Shown one piece after another: positions 35,634 to 47,244 of a stretch of DNA of 64,000 bases. The stretch is from an uncultured Collinsella sp. (GTDB taxonomy: Bacteria > Actinomycetota > Coriobacteriia > Coriobacteriales > Coriobacteriaceae), in the NCBI GenBank assembly GCA_958444075.1, contig CAUCNB010000002.1:13909-77908 (forward strand). Reading direction: 5' to 3'. Numbering within the stretch: position 1 is the stretch's first letter; each line of letters starts with the position of its first letter. The notes under the pieces were generated by a model. That model worked only from the letters and a program-made list of their open reading frames with translations, was not told where the DNA came from and made no database searches. Position numbers and translations under genes: made by a program.

Positions 35634-35657
35634 CCTCCGGCACGGAAAGGACCGATC

Positions 35658-36980
35658 ATGGCCTTCGAGAGCGTTAACTATCAGTGCCCTGCCTGCGGTG
35701 GTCCCCTGCATTTTGCCAGCGCCGAGCAAAAGCTTGTCTGCGACTACTGTGACTCACGCTTTGAAGTCGAAGAAGTCGAGGCCCTCTATCGCGAGCGCCA
35801 GGACAAGGCAGATGCCAAAGCCGATGCCGCAGCCGCAGCTCCCAAACCTGCTGCCGACGATGCCGTGCAGGAGCTCGCCCAAAACGCCGGCTACATCTGC
35901 TCGTCGTGCGGCGCCGAGCTCGTGTCCGACGGCACCGTCGCCGTCACCACCTGCCCGTACTGCGGCAACTCCGCCGTGGCGCCCGGCCAGCTCTCTGGCG
36001 ACTTCTCGCCCGACCTGGTGATTCCGTTTAAGCTCGGGCGCGACGACGTCACGGCCGCACTCAAGGAACACTACAAGGGCAAGATCTTGCTGCCCAAGAG
36101 CTTTGTCACCGGCAACCACATCGACGAGGTCCAAGGTGTCTACGTGCCGTTTTGGCTCTACGGCGCCCGCGTGGACGGCGAAGTGTACTTTGACGCGACC
36201 AACGAGACCGTGACCGAGGAATCCGACCGCACCGTCACGACCACCGACCACTACGATGCCTATCGCAAGGGCAATATCTCGTTTAAGCGCGTGCCCGTCG
36301 ACGGATCGTCCAAGATGCCCGACGGCCACATGGACGCCATCGAGCCGTTTGACTACGACGCGCTGCGTCCGTTCTCGGTCGCATATATGCCCGGCTACAT
36401 CGCCAACCGTTACGACGAGGACTGCGAGACCTGCAAGGCGCGCGCCGAGCGCCGTATGGAAGAAAGCACGATCTCGGCCCTGCGCGAGACTGTCGTCGAC
36501 GAATACGACGATGCCACGGTCGAAAGCAAGCAGCTCGACTACACCTGGGAAGACAGCGACTACGCCCTGTTCCCCGTCTGGATGCTCTCCACCTCGTGGA
36601 ACGGCAAGAGCTACCTGTTTGCCATGAACGGCCAGACCGGCCGCTTGGTCGGCGAGCTCCCCTGCTCCAAGCCCAAGCTCGCTATTGCCTCGGTGCTGTT
36701 CTTTGTGATCGGATTTATCCTCTCCCAGATTCTCTTTATGGGTGAGAACGCCTTCGATCCGGATTACCTCGCCTTTGATATCGAGGGCATCCTCATCAAC
36801 ATCGTCGCGCCGCTGATCATCGTGATTATCGGAGACGTGCTACTGGTAGGCCAGCTCAAGACGGCCAACGAGGCCACCCACGCCGACGAGTACTGCGGCG
36901 AGCTCGACCTGACCGAGAAGCACGACACCTTCAACCACACCGAGACCACCGTTGTCATGAAAGACGACAAGGACGACTAA
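35658..36980 (+). CDS. Zinc-ribbon membrane protein (YdjG-like)
   Basis: CPACG/CDYC/CSSCG/CPYCG, VIPFK, GVYVPFW, MNGQTG, two C-terminal TMs. Confidence 0.85.
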   Translation: MAFESVNYQCPACGGPLHFASAEQKLVCDYCDSRFEVEEVEALYRERQDKADAKADAAAAAPKPAADDAVQELAQNAGYICSSCGAELVSDGTVAVTTCPYCGNSAVAPGQLSGDFSPDLVIPFKLGRDDVTAALKEHYKGKILLPKSFVTGNHIDEVQGVYVPFWLYGARVDGEVYFDATNETVTEESDRTVTTTDHYDAYRKGNISFKRVPVDGSSKMPDGHMDAIEPFDYDALRPFSVAYMPGYIANRYDEDCETCKARAERRMEESTISALRETVVDEYDDATVESKQLDYTWEDSDYALFPVWMLSTSWNGKSYLFAMNGQTGRLVGELPCSKPKLAIASVLFFVIGFILSQILFMGENAFDPDYLAFDIEGILINIVAPLIIVIIGDVLLVGQLKTANEATHADEYCGELDLTEKHDTFNHTETTVVMKDDKDD

Positions 36981-37028
36981 GCAATCCGACCAATACCACC
37001 CGGCCTTTGACGAGAAAGGAAGATCACC

Positions 37029-38264
37029 ATGGGACTCTTGAAAGCTGGATTGGGAGCTGCCGGCGGCGTCATGGCCGACCAGTGGAAGGAATTTATCTAC
37101 TGCGAATCGATGCCTGCTGACGTCTTGGCCTGCAAGGGCAGCAAACGCACCGGTGGCCGCAGCTCCAACACGCGCGGCGAGGACAACGTCATCTCCAACG
37201 GCTCGGTCATCGCCGTCAACGACGGCCAGGGCATGCTCGTGGTGCAAAACGGCAAGATCATCGAAGTCGCGCTGGAGCCTGGTGAGTTCGTCTTCGATAC
37301 CGGCAGCGAGCCGAGCGTCTTTAGCGGCAACCTGGGCGATTCCATCAAGGAGACCTTCGCCAATATCGGCAGCCGCTTTACCTTTGGCGGCGACGCGGGC
37401 AAGGACCAGCGCGTCTACTTCATCAACACCAAGGAGATCATCGGCAACAAGTACGGCACCGCCTCGCCCGTGCCCTTCCGCGTGGTCGATAACAACATTG
37501 GTCTGGACGTCGACATCTCCGTGCGTTGCAACGGCGAGTATTCGTACCGCATCACCAACCCGCTGCTGTTCTACACCAACGTATGCGGCAACGTGACCGA
37601 TAGCTACACGCGCGACAAGATCGACAGCCAGCTTAAGTCCGAGCTTCTCACCGCCCTGCAGCCCGCCTTCGCCAAGATCTCGGAGATGGGCATCCGCTAC
37701 AGCGCCATCCCCGGCCACACCACCGAGCTCGCTCGTGCGCTCAACGAGGTCCTCTCTGCCGACTGGCGCGACCTGCGTGGTGTCGAGATCGTGAGCTTTG
37801 GCGTCAACTCCATCGCAGCCTCGCAAGAAGACGAGCAGATGATCAAGGACCTGCAGAAGGCCGCAGTCATGCGCGATCCCACCATGGCGGCAGCCAACAT
37901 TGCCAGCGCCCAGAGCGACGCAATGCGCGCGGCAGCGGCCAACCCCAACGGCGCGATGGCAGGCTTTATGGGCATGGGCATGGCAGGTGGCATGGGCGGC
38001 ATGAACGCTAGCCAGCTGTTCGCCGCCGGTCAGGCACAGCAGCAGGCTGCCCCGCAGCCGGCTCCGGCACCCGCCCCGGCTCCTGTCGCCGCACCTGCGG
38101 CCGGCACGTGGACCTGCAGCTGCGGCGCCACCAACACCGGCAAGTTCTGCTCCGAGTGTGGCAGTCCCGCACCCGCCCCGGCACCGGCCAAGTGGTTCTG
38201 CCCCAACTGCGGCAGCGAAAACGGCGGCAAGTTCTGCAGCAACTGCGGAACGCCCAGGCCCTAG
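37029..38264 (+). CDS. SPFH/band-7 domain protein with double zinc ribbon (YdjI-like)
   Basis: ISNGSVIAV, FTFGG...QRVYFIN, Met/Gly-rich linker, WTCSCG...KFCSECG twice. Confidence 0.88.
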   Translation: MGLLKAGLGAAGGVMADQWKEFIYCESMPADVLACKGSKRTGGRSSNTRGEDNVISNGSVIAVNDGQGMLVVQNGKIIEVALEPGEFVFDTGSEPSVFSGNLGDSIKETFANIGSRFTFGGDAGKDQRVYFINTKEIIGNKYGTASPVPFRVVDNNIGLDVDISVRCNGEYSYRITNPLLFYTNVCGNVTDSYTRDKIDSQLKSELLTALQPAFAKISEMGIRYSAIPGHTTELARALNEVLSADWRDLRGVEIVSFGVNSIAASQEDEQMIKDLQKAAVMRDPTMAAANIASAQSDAMRAAAANPNGAMAGFMGMGMAGGMGGMNASQLFAAGQAQQQAAPQPAPAPAPAPVAAPAAGTWTCSCGATNTGKFCSECGSPAPAPAPAKWFCPNCGSENGGKFCSNCGTPRP

Positions 38265-38343
38265 CCCCTCTATCTGGTAATTGGCGGGGGTTCCGCACCC
38301 CCGCATTTGTTTCTATGGGTTTCGTTCGATAAAGGAGGACACC

Positions 38344-39183
38344 ATGAAGACAACGTTCAAAAAGTCCGTACTCGCATTTCTGGCATGCGTCCTGGCGCTC
38401 GCCTTTGCCCTGACGGGCTGCAGCGGCGGCAAAGACCCCAAGGCCAACTTTGTCGGCAGCTGGAAGCTCTCGGGTGGAACCACGGAGGGCGAAGAGCTGA
38501 CCGATGAGTATATGGATATGTTCGAGGAATGGGGCATCAGCTGCATCTTGGTCCTGGACGAAGACGGCACGGGCAGCCTCGATTTGTTCTCCGAAGTTTC
38601 CGACCTAAAGTGGGAGGCCAAGGACGCTACCACCGCGAGTATCACCGTCGACAAGGAGACGACCGACGTGAAGCTCGAGGACGGCAAGCTTGTCCTTGAG
38701 GACGGCGAGGACAAGCTCATCTTTAGCAAGTCCGATAAGGATCTGTCCGGTACCGTGAAGAAGGATCGCGAGGCCGCCGAGAAGGAAGAGGAAGTCGAGG
38801 AGGCCGTCGAAGACGACGACGTCCAGAAGATTGAAATCTCCCCCGCCGTCACCGTTGCCGATGACGACCTGTGCACCATCACCATCACCGAGAAGTTCAA
38901 GGACGAGTGGGGCGACATCGGTTTTGTCGTCAACATCACCAACAAGAGCGACAAGGACCTGACCTTCTACGCCCCCAGCGGCAAGACCAACGTCAACGGC
39001 ACCATGAAGGAACCCTGGTTCTCGGCTCACCTGATGCCCGGCACCAACGCCACCGAGGAATTCACGTTCTCGAACGGCACGCTCGATAGCCTTGACGACC
39101 TGGTCAATACGACCATCGGCATCGACGCCTACCTGACCGATTCCTACGAGGACGTTGCCTCCTACAGCGCAACCATCGCGTAA
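38344..39183 (+). CDS. Lipoprotein, unknown function
   Basis: AAAGGAGG RBS, signal peptide with LTGC lipobox. Confidence 0.85.
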   Translation: MKTTFKKSVLAFLACVLALAFALTGCSGGKDPKANFVGSWKLSGGTTEGEELTDEYMDMFEEWGISCILVLDEDGTGSLDLFSEVSDLKWEAKDATTASITVDKETTDVKLEDGKLVLEDGEDKLIFSKSDKDLSGTVKKDREAAEKEEEVEEAVEDDDVQKIEISPAVTVADDDLCTITITEKFKDEWGDIGFVVNITNKSDKDLTFYAPSGKTNVNGTMKEPWFSAHLMPGTNATEEFTFSNGTLDSLDDLVNTTIGIDAYLTDSYEDVASYSATIA

Positions 39184-39233
39184 CGGCACGTAACATCAGC
39201 CGCGGATTGGCGGACACATCCGCGCACACCAGA

Positions 39234-39264
39234 CGGGGCCGCAGGAGATGATCCTGCGGCCCCG
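39234..39264. terminator. Stem-loop between convergent genes
   Basis: CGGGGCCGCAGGA / TCCTGCGGCCCCG 13-bp stem. Confidence 0.6.
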
Positions 39265-39374
39265 CCGCTTTATGCCGACAGCACTGCCCATACAAGCAGG
39301 CCGCCCGCCGTTTTTAGATGCGAAACGGTGGGCGGCCTATCTTTGCGGCGCCGGAACACGGGTGAGCGCGTCGA

Positions 39375-39998
39375 TTACGGGCGCTCCATGTTGGGAACGA
39401 TGCTGCCCTCGGTCACCGCATGCACGGCCAGGCGCATGATGTTGTCGTAGCCGGTCTTGCTCAGGATCTCCGAGATGCGGCGCTTGATGGTGCCCTCGCT
39501 CATAAACAGCTCGGCCGCAATCTCGCGGCGGCTTTTACCCTCGCAGGCAAGGCGCAAGATCGACAGCTCGACATCGTCGAGGGCCGCCGTGCCCGAGAAG
39601 ATGCTCTCGGGCGGCTTGGGAAACGTGCAGTAACCCGCCAGCGTGGAGCGCATCACGGCGAACAGCTCGTCGATACCGACGTTCTTGTACACAAAGCTAT
39701 CGACGCCCGCCTCGCGGGCCTGATCGACAAAGGTGATCTCGGGCATGCCTGTCATGATAATGATGCGACACTCGGGCAGCTGCTCCTTGATGCGTGCCGC
39801 CGCCACGATGCCGTTTGAATCGTGTTCGGTGCACACGTCCATCAGTATCATGTCCGGGCGCTCCTTGAGCGCGACACCCAAGGCCTCGGAGGCATCGGCG
39901 ATCGCGGCAACGACGGTCATATCGGGCTGGTCGCCAACGGAGCGCGCCAGGCTCTCGCGCAGGATGGCCTGATCTTCGACAATTAACACGCGGATCAT
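39375..39998 (-). CDS. NarL/LuxR-family response regulator
   Basis: IVEDQ, ILMD phosphoacceptor, IAAELFMSEGTIK HTH. Confidence 0.93.
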   Translation of the reverse strand: MIRVLIVEDQAILRESLARSVGDQPDMTVVAAIADASEALGVALKERPDMILMDVCTEHDSNGIVAAARIKEQLPECRIIIMTGMPEITFVDQAREAGVDSFVYKNVGIDELFAVMRSTLAGYCTFPKPPESIFSGTAALDDVELSILRLACEGKSRREIAAELFMSEGTIKRRISEILSKTGYDNIMRLAVHAVTEGSIVPNMERP

Positions 39999-41494
39999 GA
40001 GTTTCTCCTTTGGGACGTGTCGTTGGCGCTAAGCGGAATGGATACCGTAAGCGTAAAGGGCGGGGTGGCGTGGACCTCTAGGCTGCCACCCAGATCTTGC
40101 GCGACATGCCTCATACCTGGGATTCCCGTTCCCTCGCGATACGATACGGGGGCCGGGGACCCGTCGCTAGAAATCGTCATGTGCGCGACGGCGTCAGCAT
40201 CCGTCCTCTCCTGCCACAAGCGCACATGGACCCGATGCGCCTGCGCATGCTTGGTGGCGTTGGTCGAGGCCTCGCGGATAATCTGCAAAAAGGCAGCGGC
40301 GACACGCGCGTCCTCAGGCAGCGCACCCTCAACATCGATCTGCACGCTCACCAGGCCAAAAGCATGGACGATATCGCCCAGTTGCTCTGCCGGTTCGGTG
40401 TCGCCCCCGCTGCGCAGATCGGCAGCGATTGAGCGCAGCAGCGGGTCGATCTGCTCGAGCGACTCGTCGTCCAAGCGCCCCTCCTCCAAATAGCGATGAA
40501 GGATTGATAGGCGCTGGCCGATCACATCGTGAACGCGGGCGCGCATGCGCAGATAGGCCGCATTGTCGGCAACTTTTTTGACTTCTTCGATCTGGGCCTG
40601 GAGCTCTTGGCCCGCAAGCTCAAGCAGGTGGTTGGCCTGCGCCAGGCGGTCATGCGCATGCGCATACTCTGTCACGTCCAGACCGATTATGCGCTCGAAC
40701 GAACGGCCCGAGACCATAACGCCATCGCACACAAACAGGCGAATCTCGGCGGGAGAAACCTCGACCACCGCACGCGCCTCACCAAAGCGGTCCAGGCTGA
40801 TCCGCACGCGGTTCTTACCGCCTTCGGGCATTTGCATGCTGAGCTTGCGCAGGTCGTTCCATGTACCGCTCATATCGCCTAGGTCGGTGGGCATATGAAG
40901 CTCCACCAGGTTTTTGCGCATGCAGCGGTTCATGAGCAGTGGACGGCCCCTCGAGTCCAGATACAGGATGCCCACGGGAATCACGTTGATGGTTTCAATC
41001 GTCGAGAACGCGGTGATGTCCTCTTGGCGGTTACGGACGTCCATCAAGAGCGCCGCGATGGAGCGGAACAGGAAAAACGCACCCTCTGCGACAAGGACAA
41101 CGGCCCACGCCGAGCCCATGGCAAAAACCACCGGCGGTGTAACGGCGACAACAAGCAGCAGCTCGGCCAGCATGACAGGGCGACGATAGTGCACCATAAG
41201 CACCACGCCATAGGCAAAGATCGCGGCATTGAGCCACAGCACTCCGCCCATTGCCCTGGCGCAAACGTCAAGCGGCGCCACCAGATACGAGCCAGACGAC
41301 GCGAATAAGATGAGCGCCGAAATCATCAGGTGAAGCACAAGGCTCGTCTCGTAGGCGCAAATCACCTTACGGTTATAGGACGAGCGGCGCGATGCGATGA
41401 GCGGGACGTGGATCGTCTGCAGACACGCAGCCAGGGCAAAGACAACATCGAGCGCAACGATTTGGGGAAGGATGAGCGAAATCTGCATCGTCAC
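39995..41494 (-). CDS. Membrane sensor histidine kinase (HisKA_3-type)
   Basis: N-terminal TMs, RVHDVIGQRLS, REASTNATKHA, GTGIPGM. Confidence 0.88.
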   Translation of the reverse strand: MTMQISLILPQIVALDVVFALAACLQTIHVPLIASRRSSYNRKVICAYETSLVLHLMISALILFASSGSYLVAPLDVCARAMGGVLWLNAAIFAYGVVLMVHYRRPVMLAELLLVVAVTPPVVFAMGSAWAVVLVAEGAFFLFRSIAALLMDVRNRQEDITAFSTIETINVIPVGILYLDSRGRPLLMNRCMRKNLVELHMPTDLGDMSGTWNDLRKLSMQMPEGGKNRVRISLDRFGEARAVVEVSPAEIRLFVCDGVMVSGRSFERIIGLDVTEYAHAHDRLAQANHLLELAGQELQAQIEEVKKVADNAAYLRMRARVHDVIGQRLSILHRYLEEGRLDDESLEQIDPLLRSIAADLRSGGDTEPAEQLGDIVHAFGLVSVQIDVEGALPEDARVAAAFLQIIREASTNATKHAQAHRVHVRLWQERTDADAVAHMTISSDGSPAPVSYREGTGIPGMRHVAQDLGGSLEVHATPPFTLTVSIPLSANDTSQRRNS

Positions 41495-43374
41495 TCACCC
41501 GCCCTCGGCATCAAGACGATCATGCGCAGCTGGCCGGGCTCGCCCTCAAGGCGGTATGCCACGTTGCGCCCTTGCAAAGCGCTTTCGAGCTCTTGCGCAG
41601 CGGGCGTCTGCGAAAGATCTTCATCATCGTTGGAAAAAAGCGTGGCGCACAGCTCGACACTGCACCGGTCATGGTCGCCCAAGTGATACATAAGCGCCGG
41701 ATGGTCGGTGGTGTAGGCAAAAAACGCAAAGTCATACACGCAGTCGTACAGGGCGCTTACCGTACTGGCGTGCATCGGGCGCCGTATGGCGATAATCGAG
41801 GCGCAATCGACATCGATGGTGCGCAGGTCACTTGCGAGCTCGTTGGCAATGAGCTGAATGCGGTCGCGGTCAAAACCGCTCTCCCCGTGCTGTGCCAACG
41901 TGAGCGACCCCTTGCGTTTGCAATAGGCGACGAGCATCTTGGCGCGCTGCAGCATGCGGTAACGCTCGTGCGAAGATGCCTCATCGGTCAACGGCGGCAG
42001 CGAGCTCAGCAGGTCGTACATCCCTTCGAGCGCACGGGCAAGCGCTTGGTCCACGTCTTGGACCAGCAAGGTCTCGGCCTCTTGATCTGCCAGGTGCGTC
42101 TTAAGGTCGTAGTCGGCGGCGAGCAGCTCGTTTTGACGCTGCAGTTCCATGCGACGATGTGCCAGTTCACGGTTAAGCTCGTTGAGATCCGACACGTCTT
42201 GGGCAAGCAGGGCCGATCCGCCCAGCAGTGGAAAGGCACGGTACACCACATCGGGATCGGACGCCACAGCAAAGGCATGGGCGTGGCCGTGCTCCTGGGT
42301 CCGCAACTCCTCGCGCACGCCTACCGGCATTGGCTTTGACGCCGGCGTGGCATAGACTTCCTGCAGGTCGCGCGTTAGAACTTTGAGGTCGAGCGGCAAG
42401 GTGTCGAAGATGCCGGCGATGTCGTGATACGACGGAATGACACCGCAATCGAGACAGATTTCCATCGCCACCACGCACAGGACGCAATAGACGAGCGAAA
42501 AGTTGAGCCTCCATGCCCAGGGCACGCGCAACGCATACGAGACGGCAAAGAATGCGCCACCCAGCAGTACGAGCGCCGCCGTGCCCGAGAAACGCTGGAT
42601 GCGAAAGGACGAGGACCGGCCCACCAGGATAAAAAAGGCCACAAAGTTAAAGGCCGTCCACACTAAGACAGCGAAATAACCCCAGCCGTACGTGTAATCG
42701 TTGCTCCAGGTGTCGCTTGCACGGTCAAAGTGGAATACCTGCCGGTGGAAATCGTTGGTGAGCACAAAACCGATAAGTAGGATGGCCACGACCCACAAGA
42801 TGCTGCGATAGCGACGGCCCGCACGGTGTTGTTCCAGCCCCGCAAGGCGCAGGCCGCACAGCTGGTAGAGCAGCGGAATGAGCGTCATGGGCACGTAGTA
42901 CAGGTACCACAGCACGGTGGCATAGAACGGTGTGAACGACTTGTATTTGAGGATGACCTCAATCATCCAGAGGGCGCAGATGGTGGCGACGGCAACAAGG
43001 CGGCGGCGCAACACATAGTCCAAACAGCGCAGATAGACCGATACACCCCAGATCGAAAATATAATTGCGGCGACAAGCAGCGGGAGAGAGCTCGAGTGGA
43101 CGAGCGCATCCACGACCTCTTTGGACACCTCGCTATAGGCGGGCACGGCGTTGGAAAGCTTGGGGTCGGAGGCAAACAGCGCCGGCAAGACCGCCAAAAG
43201 CATGAGGAACAGCGCGGTGATGGCGCCGGCGATAGCAAAGACGCGGTGACGGTACACCTGATGTGTTATGCCAACAAGGAATCGCGGCATAGCGAAGAGC
43301 CTGCCGCCCCTGGGATCCGCTACGGGCGCGGATCGGACGGCCGCGTGGCCGATATGTCGTGCGCGGGTACCCAT
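41491..43374 (-). CDS. Multi-TM sensor-like protein with degenerate kinase domain
   Basis: 7TM-like N-terminus (LTNDFH..F, YTYG), coiled coil, no H-box or G-boxes recognisable; start uncertain. Confidence 0.75.
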   Translation of the reverse strand: MGTRARHIGHAAVRSAPVADPRGGRLFAMPRFLVGITHQVYRHRVFAIAGAITALFLMLLAVLPALFASDPKLSNAVPAYSEVSKEVVDALVHSSSLPLLVAAIIFSIWGVSVYLRCLDYVLRRRLVAVATICALWMIEVILKYKSFTPFYATVLWYLYYVPMTLIPLLYQLCGLRLAGLEQHRAGRRYRSILWVVAILLIGFVLTNDFHRQVFHFDRASDTWSNDYTYGWGYFAVLVWTAFNFVAFFILVGRSSSFRIQRFSGTAALVLLGGAFFAVSYALRVPWAWRLNFSLVYCVLCVVAMEICLDCGVIPSYHDIAGIFDTLPLDLKVLTRDLQEVYATPASKPMPVGVREELRTQEHGHAHAFAVASDPDVVYRAFPLLGGSALLAQDVSDLNELNRELAHRRMELQRQNELLAADYDLKTHLADQEAETLLVQDVDQALARALEGMYDLLSSLPPLTDEASSHERYRMLQRAKMLVAYCKRKGSLTLAQHGESGFDRDRIQLIANELASDLRTIDVDCASIIAIRRPMHASTVSALYDCVYDFAFFAYTTDHPALMYHLGDHDRCSVELCATLFSNDDEDLSQTPAAQELESALQGRNVAYRLEGEPGQLRMIVLMPRAGE

Positions 43375-43460
43375 AGTGCTTTTAGTGTACCGACAGGCAG
43401 GCCCAAAAAGCGGGCCACATGTCCCAAAATCCGCCGACGGCGAGGGACGTCGCCAGCGAC

Positions 43461-43629
43461 TAGTCGTTTAAGAACGTCCCCAATGACTAAGACAAAACGA
43501 GCGAGGATTTTTGGACGCCCAAATGGCGAGAGTGGATAATCTCCCACTTTGAGCCCACAAACAGGCTAAAAACGGGAGATTATCCACTCTCATTCTGCGG
43601 GTACTCATTTAAGTACGTCCCCAATGAGT
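43461..43629. repeat. Composite repeat: REP hairpin, inverted-repeat element copy 2, REP hairpin
   Basis: Hairpins at 43461-43489 and 43603-43629 flank GAGAGTGGATAATCTCCC...GGGAGATTATCCACTCTC. Confidence 0.8.
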
Positions 43630-43645
43630 GCTTTCACTTCTTAAC

Positions 43646-43684
43646 AAAACGCCCGGCGGGCATTAACTGCTCGCCGGGCGTTTT
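43646..43684. terminator. Bidirectional intrinsic terminator
   Basis: AAAACGCCCGGCG...CGCCGGGCGTTTT downstream of GH1. Confidence 0.8.
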
Positions 43685-43720
43685 GGTTAGGAAACTCTGA
43701 AGTTGAGTGTCTCGGCTTCC

Positions 43721-45163
<1,443 letters not shown>

Positions 45164-45187
45164 TCACACGCTGTTTGTCGTGGTTTC

Positions 45188-45293
45188 AGTATCCCCGTAA
45201 GCAGCGCGCTACTCAACGGCAACGACGCAGGCCGACACTTCTTTTCGCACACGGCGGCCCGGCAGCCGCCCCTGCCTGACACTTTCTGATACC
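45188..45293 (-). promoter_or_regulatory. Conserved promoter/operator block upstream of GH1, copy 2
   Basis: Matches 18144-18248 with conserved spacing. Confidence 0.65.
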
Positions 45294-45302
45294 GCCGCCC
45301 CA

Positions 45303-45339
45303 AACCACCACAAAGGGGACAGGCACCTTTGTGGTGGTT
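45303..45339 (-). repeat. REP-like hairpin, subtype B
   Basis: AACCACCACAAAGG-GGACAGGCA-CCTTTGTGGTGGTT. Confidence 0.8.
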
Positions 45340-45350
45340 GGGGACGGTTT

Positions 45351-45487
45351 GTCTCGATCTGTAACAGGTAGGCAGCCAAAACCGGGCTTGGTGTTACAGA
45401 TCGAGATTTTCGGGCAGCCCCCCGCAGTTTGTCTAAATCTGTAACAGGTAGAGACGATTTAGCCCGCTAGATGTTACAAATCGAGAC
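45351..45487. repeat. Tandem pair of inverted-repeat units
   Basis: TCTCGATCTGTAACA...TGTTACAGATCGAGA followed by a diverged second unit. Confidence 0.7.
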
Positions 45488-45495
45488 GGAAGATG

Positions 45496-46140
45496 CTAGT
45501 CACAGGCGATGTCGAGGTTCTTGCCGAATAGGCCCACGTAGCCGCCTTCGGCTGCCTTGGGGCTGTCGGCGTGGCAGAGGACCCACTTGTCGGCCTTCCA
45601 GTAGCAGTAGCTGTCGCCGACCGCGGGCATGTCGGCTGCGGCCTCGGGGCGCGGACCGTTGGTGCCGGCGGGCAACGCAACCATTACCTGGAAGCCGCCG
45701 TCGTCGACCATGCACGGCGTGTAGTGGAGCGTGGTGTTGAAGACTTCGACGACCGTACCCGCCGGCACGCGGAACGCCTTGACGCACGCGGTGTCGAGCT
45801 TGCCGCCCTCAATCTCCCAGCGATGCGCCACGAGCAGGATAAAGTCGCGGGCGCCCAGGTTAAACTCGCTGGCGCGGTGATACTCCAGGCAGTTGAGCTG
45901 CGTGTTGTGGCCGTTGCACCAGCCCAGCTGGAAGGGACGGCCGCCGTACATGAGAAAGCCCAGCTTATCGGCATCCTTGACGCCCTCGAGCTCCGGCGCG
46001 CTTGCTACGTACTTGCTGCCCTCGGGGATGGGCGTGGCAGAGAGCGCCTCGAGCACGGGCGACGTGAGCACGGACGGAACGTCATCCCAAACGTTGCCAT
46101 AGGATTTGAACTCGGGATCGTTGACAGAATAGATGTGCAT
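45496..46140 (-). CDS. DUF4867-family (cupin-like) protein
   Basis: QLGWCNGHNTQLNCLEYH, TTLHYTPC, LPAGTN. Confidence 0.85.
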   Translation of the reverse strand: MHIYSVNDPEFKSYGNVWDDVPSVLTSPVLEALSATPIPEGSKYVASAPELEGVKDADKLGFLMYGGRPFQLGWCNGHNTQLNCLEYHRASEFNLGARDFILLVAHRWEIEGGKLDTACVKAFRVPAGTVVEVFNTTLHYTPCMVDDGGFQVMVALPAGTNGPRPEAAADMPAVGDSYCYWKADKWVLCHADSPKAAEGGYVGLFGKNLDIACD

Positions 46141-46263
46141 GTTCGCTCCTGTTCGTTTATGTGACAGTATGAACATTCTAGAACATCATTCATCCACGAC
46201 CACGATCAATACCGAAAACATTGCATGACGAAATCACCCGCTCAAAAAGCGACATGCAGCTTC

Positions 46264-47244
46264 CTAGTCGAGATAATCTTTAAGAAACTCAATAACGCTC
46301 ATACACCAGTAGTCGGTCTCCGGCGCATGGGGCTTCATCAATGCGTGCCCCCCTTCTGAATACATGACTCCCTCATGGTGTACTCCAGCTGCATCCAGAG
46401 CATCGACCATCTTTTCATAATTGTCGGGCGATACAATATCATCGTCAGCGCATTGCCAAAGATATGTCGGAGGATACTGCTCCCACACATGCTGATTAAT
46501 ACAGAAATCATCGAGCGAGTCGCGACCAGCCCCGCCGCACACCGAATCAAGAAATCTATTGTCTGATGCGTTCTCAAAGCCACGAAGATCAATCGGTGCA
46601 TAACACAGGACCAAGGCTTTGGGTGCCTCGCATCCGTAGGACGCAAATCCCTTGTTGTCCGTCCCCCACTCGGCAGTTAAATGCGCACCAGCAGAAAAGC
46701 CGATAACTGCATAACTTTTTGCGACATTAAATTTCGCTGAATTCTCGAAGACAAAACGGACAGCTCGATTTAAATCGTCGATTGGACGCGGCATCAAAGG
46801 CTCGACCCTCACCCTGTATGACAGCACGAACACGTTATAGCCCGCATCGTTGAGCTCGGGGGCAACGGGAAAGCCTTCCATTTGATGACAAACGCTCTGA
46901 TAACCTCCGCCCGAAACCGCAGTGATAAAGGGAGCCCCGGGTCTCCCGGGAAAGAAGAACAGTTTCGTGTTGCGTCGAGTCGGATCACGGATGCAGTCGG
47001 CTTCATCCCATATATCGTAGGCAACTTGCCTCCCGTCATCCACGAGCTCGACAATCCGATTCAATCCACGCAAAACGCGAGTAGTTTCATATGGATTAGC
47101 ATCAGAATTCATATGAGACACGATGGGTTTATTCCACATGCGCTCCCAAGTTGAAGGCCGGCAAAGCATAAGGTGCTCGCCAAAGCCAGCGAACTCAGGA
47201 AGGAGCGCGATTTCGCCAAACGTCATATCGGCTGTAATTGTCAT
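46264..47244 (-). CDS. Alpha/beta hydrolase (esterase)
   Basis: GGGY oxyanion, GFSAG nucleophile, PPTYLW..DD, GGH; lower GC. Confidence 0.88.
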   Translation of the reverse strand: MTITADMTFGEIALLPEFAGFGEHLMLCRPSTWERMWNKPIVSHMNSDANPYETTRVLRGLNRIVELVDDGRQVAYDIWDEADCIRDPTRRNTKLFFFPGRPGAPFITAVSGGGYQSVCHQMEGFPVAPELNDAGYNVFVLSYRVRVEPLMPRPIDDLNRAVRFVFENSAKFNVAKSYAVIGFSAGAHLTAEWGTDNKGFASYGCEAPKALVLCYAPIDLRGFENASDNRFLDSVCGGAGRDSLDDFCINQHVWEQYPPTYLWQCADDDIVSPDNYEKMVDALDAAGVHHEGVMYSEGGHALMKPHAPETDYWCMSVIEFLKDYLD

